Assembly: GCF_964355755.1 (NCBI RefSeq)
Contig: NC_092679.1
Location: 14,367,432 to 14,431,431 of the forward strand
Length of the DNA: 64,000 bases
Direction: 5' to 3'
DNA from: Antedon mediterranea
Taxonomy: Eukaryota; Animalia; Echinodermata
Below, piece after piece: positions 13,001 through 25,000 of this stretch (position 1 is its first letter; the number at the start of each line of letters is the position of its first letter). Under the pieces are notes generated by a model. The model saw only the letters and a list, made by a program, of their open reading frames with translations. It was not told the origin of the DNA and did not search any database. Both the position numbers and the translations under genes were made by a program.

Positions 13001-16000
13001 TTATGAACTACTCGTTAGTGTATGTGACCTATTCGAATAAAAATACATATTGTTCTTATAATAATCCCAGGTACATTTCATATAAATGCTGGAATGGTGC
13101 TGTGCGAATGCAATAAGTGTATAGACGAGGTGGTCGAGTGGTTAAGGCGATGGACTGCTAATCCATTGTGCTCTGCACGCGTGGGTTCGAATCCCATTCT
13201 CGTCGCCATTGTTTCTTTTTATGAACTACTCGTTAATAAATATTTGACTTATTCGAATAAGAATACACATTCTTCTTATAATAAAAATCCCAGGTACATT
13301 TCGTATAAATGTTGGAATGGCACTGTGCGAATGCAATAAATGTATAGACGAGGTGGCCGAGTGGTTAAGGCGATGGACTGCTAATCCATTGTGCTCTGCA
13401 CGCGTGGGTTCAAATCCCATCCTCGTCGCCATTGTTTATTTTTATGAACTACTCGTTAGTGAATATGTGACCTATTCGAATAAAAATACATATTGTTCTT
13501 ATAATAATCCCAGGTACATTTCATATAAATGCTGGAATGGTGCTGTGCGAATGCAATAAGTGTATAGACGAGGTGGTCGAGTGGTTAAGGCGATGGACTG
13601 CTAATCCATTGTGCTCTGCACGCGTGGGTTCGAATCCCATCCTCGTCGCCATTGTTTATTTTTATGAACTACTCGTTAGTGAATATGTGACCTATTCGAA
13701 TAAAAATACATATTGTTCTTATAATAATCCCAGGTACATTTCGTATAAATGTTGGAATGGTACTGTGCGAATGCTATTAATGTATAGACGAGGTGGTCGA
13801 GTGGTTAAGGCGATGGACTGCTAATCCATTGTGCTCTGCATGCGTGGGTTCGAATCCCATTCTCGTCGCCATTGTTTATTTTTATGAACTACTCGTTAGT
13901 GAATATGTGACTTATTCGAATAAAAATACACATTCTTCTTATAATAATAATCCCAGGTACATTTCGTATAAATGTTGGAATGGCACTGTGCGAATGCAAT
14001 AAATGTATAGACGAGGTGTCTGAGTGGTTAAGGCGATGGACTGCTAATCCATTGTGCTCTGCACGCGTGGGTTTGAATCCCATCCTCGTCGCCACTGTTT
14101 CTTTTTATGAACTACTCGTTAGTGAATGTGACCTATTCGAATAAAAATACATATTGTTCTTATAATAAGCCCAGGTACATTTCATATAAAATGTTGGAAT
14201 GGCACTGTGCGAATGCAATAAATGTATAGACGAGGTGGCCGAGTGGTTAAGGCGATGGACTGCTAATCCATTGTGCTCTGCACGCGTGGGTTCGAATCCC
14301 ATTCTCGTCGCCATTGTTTCTTTTTATGAACTACTCGTTAATGAATATTTGACTTATTCGAATAAAAATACATATTGTTCTTATAATAATCCCAGGTACA
14401 TTTCATATAAATGCTGGAATGGTGCTGTGCGAATGCAATAAGTGTATAGACGAGGTGGTCGAGTGGTTAAGGCGATGGACTGCTAATCCATTGTGGTCTG
14501 CACGCGTGGGTTCGAATCCCATTCTCGTCGCCATTGTTTCTTTTTATGAACTACTCCTTAATGAATATTTGAATTATTCGAATAAGAATACACATTCTTC
14601 TTTTAATAATCCCAGGTACATTTCGTATAAATGTTGGAATGGTACTGTGCGAATGCTATTAATGTATAGACGAGGTGGTCGAGTGGTTAAGGCGATGGAC
14701 TGCTAATCCATTTTGCTCTGCACGCGTGGGTTCGAATCCCATTCTCGTCGCCATTGATTCTTTTTATGAACTACTCGTTAATGAATATGTGACTTATTCG
14801 AATAAGAATACACATTCTTCTTATAATAAAAATCCCAGGTACATTTCGTATAAATGTTGGAATGGCACTGTGCCGAATGCAATAAATGTATAGACGAGGT
14901 GGCCGAGTGGTTAAGGCGATGGACTGCTAATACATTGTGCTCTGCACGCGTGGGTTCGAATCCCATCCTCGTCGCCACTGTTTCTTTTTATGAACTACTC
15001 GTTAGTGAATGTGACCTATTCGAATAAAAATACATATTGTTCTTATAATAAGCCCAGGTACATTTCATATAAAATGTTGGAATGGCACTGTGCGAATGCA
15101 ATAAATGTATAGACGAGGTGTCCGAGTGGTTAAGGCGATGGACTGCTAATCCATTGTGCTCTGCACGCGTGGGTTCGAATCCCATTCTCGTCGCCATTGT
15201 TTCTTTATATGAACTACTCGTTAATGAATATTTGACTTATTCGAATAAGAATACACATTCTTCTTTTAATAATCCCAGGTACATTTCGTATAAATGTTGG
15301 AATGGTACTGTGCGAATGCAATTAATGTATAGACGAGGTGGCCGAGTGGTTAAGGCGATGGACTGCTAATCCATTGTGCTCTGCACGCGTGGGTTCGAAT
15401 CCCATCCTCGTCGCCATTGTTTATTTTTATGAACTACTCGTTAGTGAATATGTGACCTATTCGAATAAAAATACATATTGTTCTTATAATAATCCCAGGT
15501 ACATTTCATATAAATGTTGGAATGGTGCTTTGCGAATGCAATAAGTGTATAGACGAGGTGGTTAAGGCGATGGACTGCTAATCCATTGTGCTCTGCACGC
15601 GTGGGTTCGAATCCCATCCTCGTCGCCACTGTTTCTTTATATGAACTACTCGTTAATGAATATTTGACTTATTCGAATAAGAATACACATTCTTCTTTTA
15701 ATAATCCCAGGTACATTTCGTATAAATGTTGGAATGGTACTGTGCGAATGCAATTAATGTATAGACGAGGTGGCCGAGTGGTTAAGGCGATGGACTGCTA
15801 ATCCATTGTGCTCTGCACGCGTGGGTTCGAATCCCATCCTCGTCGCCATTGTTTATTTTTATGAACTACTCGTTAGTGAATATGTGACCTATTCGAATAA
15901 AAATACATATTGTTCTTATAATAATCCCAGGTACATTTCATATAAATACGAATGCAATAAGTGTATAGACGAGGTGGTTAAGGCAATGGACTGCTAATCC

Positions 16001-19000
16001 ATTGTGCTCTGCACGCGTGGGTTCGAATCCCATTCGCGTCGCCATTGTTTCTTTTTATGAACTACTCGTTAATGAATATTTGACTTATTCGAATAAGAAT
16101 ACACATTCTTCTTTTAATAATCCCAGGTACATTTCGTATAAATGTTGGAATGGTACTGTGCGAATGCAATTAATGTATAGACGAGGTGGCCGAGTGGTTA
16201 AGGCGATGGACTGCTAATCCATTGTGCTCTGCACGCGTGGGTTCGAATCCCATCCTCGTCGCCATTGTTTATTTTTATGAACTACTCGTTAGTGTATGTG
16301 ACCTATTCGAATAAAAATACATATTGTTCTTATAATAATCCCAGGTACATTTCATATAAATGCTGGAATGGTGCTGTGCGAATGCAATAAGTGTATAGAC
16401 GAGGTGGTCGAGTGGTTAAGGCGATGGACTGCTAATCCATTGTGCTCTGCACGCGTGGGTTCGAATCCCATTCTCGTCGCCATTGTTTCCTTTTATGAAC
16501 TACTCGTTAATAAATATTTGACTTATTCGAATAAGAATACACATTCTTCTTTTAATAATCCCAGGTACATTTCGTATAAATGTTGGAATGGTACTGTGCG
16601 AATACAATTAATGTATAGACGAGGTGGCCGAGTGGTTAAGGCGATGGACTGCTAATCCATTGTGCTCTGCACGCGTGGGTTCGAATCCCATCCTCGTCGC
16701 CATTGTTTATTTTTATGAACTACTCGTTAGTGGATATGTGACCTATTCGAATAAAAATACATATTGTTCTTATAATAATCCCAGGTACATTTCATATAAA
16801 TGTTGGAATGGTGCTGTGCGAATGCAATAAGTGTATAGACGAGGTGGCCGAGTGGTTAAGGCGATGGACTGCTAATCCATTGTGCTCTGCACGCGTGGGT
16901 TCGAATCCTATTCTCCTCGCCATTGTTTATTTTTATGAACTACTCGTTAGTGAATATGTGACCTATTCGAATAAAAATACATATTGTTCTTATAATAATC
17001 CCAGGTACATTTCATATAAATGTTGGAATGGTGCTGTGCGAATGCAATAAGTGTATAGACGAGGTGGCCGAGTGGTTGCGCCGATGGACTGCTAATCCAT
17101 TGTGCTCTGCACGCGTGGGTTCGAATCCCATCCTCGTCGCCATTGGTTATTTTTATGAACTACTCGTTAGTGAATATGTGACCTATTCGAATAAAAATAC
17201 ATATTGTTCTTATAATAATCCCAGGTACATTTCATATAAATGCTGGAATAGTGCTGTGCGAATGCAATAAGTGTATAGACGAGGTGGTCGAGTGGTTAAG
17301 GCGATGGACTGCTAATCCATTGTGCTCTGCACGCGTGGGTTCGAATCCCATTCTTGTCGCCATTGTTTCTTTTTATGAACTACTCGTTAATGAATATTTG
17401 ACTTATTCGAATAAGAATACACATTCTTCTTTTAATAATCCCAGGTACATTTCATATAAATGTTGGAATTGTACTGTGCGAATGCAATTAATGTATAGAC
17501 GAGGTGCCCGAGTGGTTAAGGCGATGGACTGCTAATCCATTGTGCTCTGCACGCGTGGGTTCGAATCCCATCCTCGTCGCCACTGTTTCTTTTTATGAAC
17601 TACTCGTTAGTGAATGTGACCTATTCGAATAAAAATACATATTGTTCTTATAATAAGCCCAGGTACATTTCGTATAAATGTTGGAATGGTACTGTGCGAA
17701 TGCTATTAATGTATAGACGAGGTGGTCGAGTGGTTAAGGCGATGGACTGCTAATCCATTGTGCTCTGCACGCGTGGGTTCGAATCCCATTCTCGTCGCCA
17801 TTGATTCTTTTTATGAACTACTCGTTAATGAATATGTGACTTATTCGAATAAGAATACACATTCTTCTTATAATAAAAATCCCAGGTACATTTCGTATAA
17901 ATGTTGGAATGGCACTGTGCCGAATGCAATAAATGTATAGACGAGGTGTCCGAGTGGTTAAGGCGATGGACTGCTAATCCATTTTGCTCTGCACGCGTGG
18001 GTTCGAATCCCATCCTCGTCGCCACTGTTTCTTTTTATGAACTACTCGTTAGTGAATGTGACCTATTCGAATAAAAATTCATATTGTTCTTATAATAATC
18101 CCAGGTACATTTCATATAAATGTTGGAATGGTGCTGTGCGAAAGCAATAAGTGTATAGACGAGGTGGTTAAGGCAATGGACTGCTAATCCATTGTGCTCT
18201 GCACGCGTGGGTTCGAATCCCATTCTTTTTATGAACTACTCGTTAATGAATATTTGACTTATTCGAATAAGAATACACATTCTTCTTTTAATAATCCCAG
18301 GTACATTTCGTATAAATGTAGGAATGGTACTGTGCGAATGCAATAAATGTATAGACGAGGTGGCCGAGTGGTTAAAGCGATGGACTGCTAATACATTGTG
18401 CTCTGCACGCGTGGGTTCGAATCCCATTCTCGTCGCCATTGTTTCTTTTTATGAACTACTCGTTAATGAATATTTGACTTATTTGAATAAGAATACACAT
18501 TCTTCTTTTAATACTCCCAGGTACATTTCGTATAAATGTTGGAATGGTGCTGTGCGAACGCAATTAATGTATAGACGAGGTGGCCGAGTGGTTAAGGCGA
18601 TGGACTGCTAATCCATTGTGCTCTGCACGCGTGGGTTCGAATCCCATCCTCGTCGCCATTGTTTATTTTTATGAACTACTCGTTAGTGTATGTGACCTAT
18701 TCGAATAAAAATACATATTGTTCTTATAATAATCCCAGGTACATTTCATATAAATGCTGGAATGGTGCTGTGCGAATGCAATAAGTGTATAGACGAGGTG
18801 GTCGAGTGGTTAAGGCGATGGACTGCTAATCCATTGTGCTCTGCACGCGTGGGTTCGAATCCCATCCTCGTCGCCATTGTTTCTTTTTATGAACTACTCG
18901 TTAGTGAATATGTGACCTATTCGAATAAAAATACATATTGTTCTTATAATACTCCCAGGTACATTTCGTATAAATGTTGGAATGGCACTGTGCGAATGCA

Positions 19001-22000
19001 ATAAATGTATAGACGAGGTGGCCGAGTGGTTAAGGCGATGGACTGCTAATCCATTGTGCTCTGCACGCGTGGGTTCGAATCCCATCCTCGTCGCCATTGT
19101 TTATTTTTATGAACTACTCGTTAGTGAATATGTGACCTAACTACTCGTTAATGAATATTTGACTTATTCGAATAAGAATACACATTCTTCTTTTAATAAT
19201 CCCAGGTAGACTAGGCTATGAATGAGGTAGGTGCCACCCGGAGAGGTAGAAATTCTCATATAACTTTTCTAGACCAGTTTTTTCTGGGGAATCCAAATAT
19301 ATTGGGTAAACGGGCTGTAACCTGAGAACTTTCGCGTGAGGGCGCTTTTTTCAAAATGGCTGCCAGTTACAGTAGACTATGATATCTTGGCAACCACTGG
19401 TCACAGAAAGTTGATTTTGGTGTCAAATTATTCGGAATGTACATGTTCCTATTTGATGTAATAGAACATTTTGTCAGAAAATGGCCGGAAATACCTCTAT
19501 TGACCTTTGACCCAATATCTAACAGATATCATATCTCCGTAACTACTGGACACAGAAAGTTGTAATTGGTGTCAAACTCTCCAGAATATAGATGTTTATA
19601 TTCAAACTAATAGAACATTATCTGTAAAAATGACCGGAAATAACGTTACTGACCTTTGACCCAAAATGCAAGACATTTCTCCTATCTGATCACGTTAATC
19701 CTGTCAATTAATTCATTTTGTGCCAATTGGAGGTTGACATTCTCATATTATTTTCTTGACCAGTTTTTCATGTGCAATCCGAGTAATATGAGATAAATAA
19801 GCCATAACAAGGCCAAGAATTTAATTCTTTTACTACATACATGCTTCCCTTTAGTGTTTCAGTCTGTATGTCGTGTATTAATCTTCAAGATCGCTCAGAT
19901 CACTGCAATCTGAAAAGTCTTCATATTCATTATGTGTAAACAGTTTCTGGACATCAGTGGGCATCACTGTCTCAATCCATTTAGGCTCCTTTTGTTCGTT
20001 CCATCCATTGTGTGTACTGTTGTTGACAAAATCATTGACGTCTGCTGATTGCCATTCTTTAGTAATGAAGTGTGCTCTAAGTATATGAAACTCAAGGGTC
20101 TGCTGACATAGTGGCAGTAATTATATATCTGTAATCTTGTTGTGTCTGGAAAACTTTCTGTTGAAGATATCATATCTGGCTTGATTTACACTTTTCCCCT
20201 TCACTCCATACAATGGTGAAACATACTCTTCAAGTTCCTCATACAACTCTTTTGATGGAACATCTGACACTCCAAGGTTGCAGAATGTGTCAACACATTT
20301 TGCTTTTGATTCCAGAAGCTTCCAGCAGGTACATTTTCCTTTCCGAAAGAAAGCGGAGTTATACTTGTTACCTGTGAAAGCATGGAATCCAATAAGGGAT
20401 GATTTCTGCGCTTTTGTTAAATCAATGTCACTCAATTTCAGTACATTTCGGTATTTCCCAGTGTTTGTATCAATAATTACCCTCTGCCCATCATATATGA
20501 AATGAGATAGTGAAATGACTGGAATATCAAAGTCTCCAGAATGGGAACGAATTATTGCTACGCCTTGATTGTTATTTGTTAAAGCATGCTTTGCATGCAG
20601 GATGACTTTCGTGTCGGCTTCTTCTTGGCTACTATTAAGCTCCGGAACCAATACAACATATCTCAGTTAGTAACGTAGATGCATTCTTTGTACGATGAAA
20701 AGTAGATAACATCACTCCTCATATCTGTTAGAATGCTTTCTTTCTTTGACACTAGTACACAGCGAGTAAGTGTTGGAATGGTACTGTGCGAATGCAATTA
20801 ATGTATAGACGAGGTGGCCGAGTGGTTAAGGCGATGGACTGCTAATCCATTGTGCTCTGCACGCGTGGGTTCGAATCCCATCCTCGTCGCCATTGTTTAT
20901 TTTTATGAACTACTCGTTAGTGAATATGTGACCTATTCGAATAAAAATACATATTGTTCTTATAATAATCCCAGGTACATTTCATATAAATGTTGGAATG
21001 GTGCTGTGCGAATCCAATAAGTGTATAGACGTATTGGCCGAGTGGTTAAGGCGATGAACTGCTAATCCATTGTGCTCTGCACGCGTGGGTTCGAATCCTA
21101 TTCTCCTCGCCATTGTTTATTTTTATGAACTACTCGTTAGTGAATATGTGACCTATTCGAATAAAAATACATATTGTTCTTATAATAATCCCAGGTACAT
21201 TTCATACAAATGTTGGAATGGTGCTGTGCGAATGCAATAAGTGTATAGACGAGGTGGCCGAGTGGTTAAGGCGGTGGACTGCTAATCCATTGTGCTCTGC
21301 ACGCGTGGGTTCGTATCCCATCCTCGTCGCCATTGTTTATTTTTATGAACTACTCGTTAGTGAATATGTGACCTATTCGAATAAAAATACATATTGTTCT
21401 TATAATAATCCCAGGTACATTTCATATAAATGCTGGAATGGTGCTGTGCGAATGCAATAAGTGTATAGACGAGGTGGTCGAGTGGTTAAGGCGATGGACT
21501 GCTAATCCATTGTGGTCTGCACGCGTGGGTTCGAATCCCATTCTCGTCGCCATTGTTTCTTTTTATGAACTACTCCTTAATGAATATTTGAATTATTCGA
21601 ATAAGAATACACATTCTTCTTTTAATAATCCCAGGTACATTTCGTATAAATGTTGGAATGGTACTGTGCGAATGCTATTAATGTATAGACGAGGTGGTCG
21701 AGTGGTTAAGGCGATGGACTGCTAATCCATTTTGCTCTGCACGCGTGGGTTCGAATCCCATTCTCGTCGCCATTGATTCTTTTTATGAACTACTCGTTAA
21801 TGAATATGTGACTTATTCGAATAAGAATACACATTCTTCTTATAATAAAAATCCCAGGTACATTTCGTATAAATGTTGGAATGGCACTGTGCCGAATGCA
21901 ATAAATGTATAGACGAGGTGGCCGAGTGGTTAAGGCGATGGACTGCTAATACATTGTGCTCTGCACGCGTGGGTTCGAATCCCATCCTCGTCGCCACTGT

Positions 22001-25000
22001 TTCTTTTTATGAACTACTCGTTAGTGAATGTGACCTATTCGAATAAAAATACATATTGTTCTTATAATAATCCCAGGTACATTTCATATAAATGCTGGAA
22101 TGGTGCTGTGCGAATGCAATAAGTGTATAGACGAGGTGGTCGAGTGGTTAAGGCGATGGACTGCTAATCCATTGTGCTCTGCACGCGTGGGTTCGAATCC
22201 CATTCTCGTCGCCATTGTTTCTTTTTATGAACTACTCGTTAATGAATATTTGAATTATTCGAATAAGAATACACATTCTTCTTTTAATAATCCCAGTTAC
22301 ATTTCGTATAAATGTTGGAATGGCACTGTGCGAATGCTATTAATGTATAGGCGAGGTGGTCGAGTGGTTAAGGCGATGGACTGCTAATCCATTGTGCTCT
22401 GCACGCGTGGGTTCGAATCCCATCCTCGTCGCCATTGTTTATTTTTATGAACTACTCGTTAGTGAATATGTGACCTATTCGAATAAAAATACATATTGTT
22501 CTTATAATAATCCCAGGTACATTTCATATAAATGTTGGAATGGTGCTTTGCGAATGCAATAAGTGTATAGACGAGGTGGTTAAGGCAATGGACTGCTAAT
22601 CCATTGTGCTCTGCACGCGTGGGTTCGAATCCCATTCGCGTCGCCATTGTTTCTTTTTATGAACTACTCGTTAATGAATATTTGACTTATTCGAATAAGA
22701 ATACACATTCTTCTTTTAATAATCCCAGGTACATTTCGTATAAATGTTGGATCGAATGGTACTGTGCTAATGCAATAAATGTATAGACGAGGTGGCCGAG
22801 TGGTTAAGGCGATGGACTGCTAATCCATTGTGCTCTGCACGCGTGGGTTCGAATCCCATCCTCGTCGCCATTGTTTATTTTTATGAACTACTCGTTAGTG
22901 TATGTGACCTATTCGAATAAAAATACATATTGTTCTTATAATAATCCCAGGTACATTTCATATAAATGCTGGAATGGTGCTGTGCGAATGCAATAAGTGT
23001 ATAGACGAGGTGGTCGAGTGGTTAAGGCGATGGACTGCTAATCCATTGTGCTCTGCAAGCGTGGGTTCGAATCCCATTCTCGTCGCCATTGTTTCCTTTT
23101 ATGAACTACTCGTTAATAAATATTTGACTTATTCGAATAAGAATACACATTCTTCTTTTAATAATCCCAGGTACATTTCGTATAAATGTTGGAATGGTAC
23201 TGTGCGAATACAATTAATGTATAGACGAGGTGGCCGAGTGGTTAAGGCGATGGACTGCTAATCCATTGTGCTCTGCACGCGTGGGTTCGAATCCCATCCT
23301 CGTCGCCATTGTTTATTTTTATGAACTACTCGTTAGTGGATATGTGACCTATTCGAATAAAAATACATATTGTTCTTATAATAATCCCAGGTACATTTCA
23401 TATAAATGTTGGAATGGTGCTGTGCGAATGCAATAAGTGTATAGACGAGGTGGCCGAGTGGTTAAGGCGATGGACTGCTAATCCATTGTGCTCTGCACGC
23501 GTGGGTTCGAATCCTATTCTCCTCGCCATTGTTTATTTTTATGAACTACTCGTTAGTGAATATGTGACCTATTCGAATAAAAATACATATTGTTCTTATA
23601 ATAATCCCAGGTACATTTCATATAAATGTTGGAATGGTGCTGTGCGAATGCAATAAGTGTATAGACGAGGTGGCCGAGTGGTTGCGCCGATGGACTGCTA
23701 ATCCATTGTGCTCTGCACGCGTGGGTTCGAATCCCATCCTCGTCGCCATTGGTTATTTTTATGAACTACTCGTTAGTGAATATGTGACCTATTCGAATAA
23801 AAATACATATTGTTCTTATAATAATCCCAGGTACATTTCATATAAATGCTGGAATAGTGCTGTGCGAATGCAATAAGTGTATAGACGAGGTGGTCGAGTG
23901 GTTAAGGCGATGGACTGCTAATCCATTGTGCTCTGCACGCGTGGGTTCGAATCCCATTCTTGTCGCCATTGTTTCTTTTTATGAACTACTCGTTAATGAA
24001 TATTTGACTTATTCGAATAAGAATACACATTCTTCTTTTAATAATCCCAGGTACATTTCATATAAATGTTGGAATTGTACTGTGCGAATACAATTAATGT
24101 ATAGACGAGGTGGCCGAGTGGTTAAGGCGATGGACTGCATGCTAATCCATTGTGCTCTGCACGCGTGGGTTCGAATCCCATCCTCGTCGCCATTGTTTAT
24201 TTTCATGAACTACTCGTTAGTGAATATGTGACCTATTCGAATAAAAATACATATTGTTCTTATAATAATCCCAGGTACATTTCATATAAATGTTGGAATG
24301 GTGCTGTGCGAATGCAATAAGTGTATAGACGAGGTGGCCGAGTGGTTGCGCCGATGGACTGCTAATCCATTGTGCTCTGCACGCGTGGGTTCGAATCCCA
24401 TCCTCGTCGCCATTGGTTATTTTTATGAACTACTCGTTAGTGAATATGTGACCTATTCGAATAAAAATACATATTGTTCTTATAATAATCCCAGGTACAT
24501 TTCATATAAATGCTGGAATAGTGCTGTGCGAATGCAATAAGTGTATAGACGAGGTGGTCGAGTGGTTAAGGCGATGGACTGCTAATCCATTGTGCTCTGC
24601 ACGCGTGGGTTCGAATCCCATTCTCGTCGCCATTGTTTCTTTTTATGAACTACTCGTTAATGAATATTTGACTTATTCGAATAAGAATACACATTCTTCT
24701 TTTAATAATCCCAGGTACATTTCATATAAATGTTGGAATTGTACTGTGCGAATACAATTAATGTATAGACGAGGTGGCCGAGTGGTTAAGGCGATGGACT
24801 GCATGCTAATCCATTGTGCTCTGCACGCGTGGGTTCGAATCCCATCCTCGTCGCCATTGTTTATTTTCATGAACTACTCGTTAGTGAATATGTGACCTAT
24901 TCGAATAAAAATACATATTGTTCTTATAATAATCCCAGGTACATTTCATATAAATGTTGGAATGGTGCTGTGCGAATGCAATAAGTGTATAGATGAGGTG

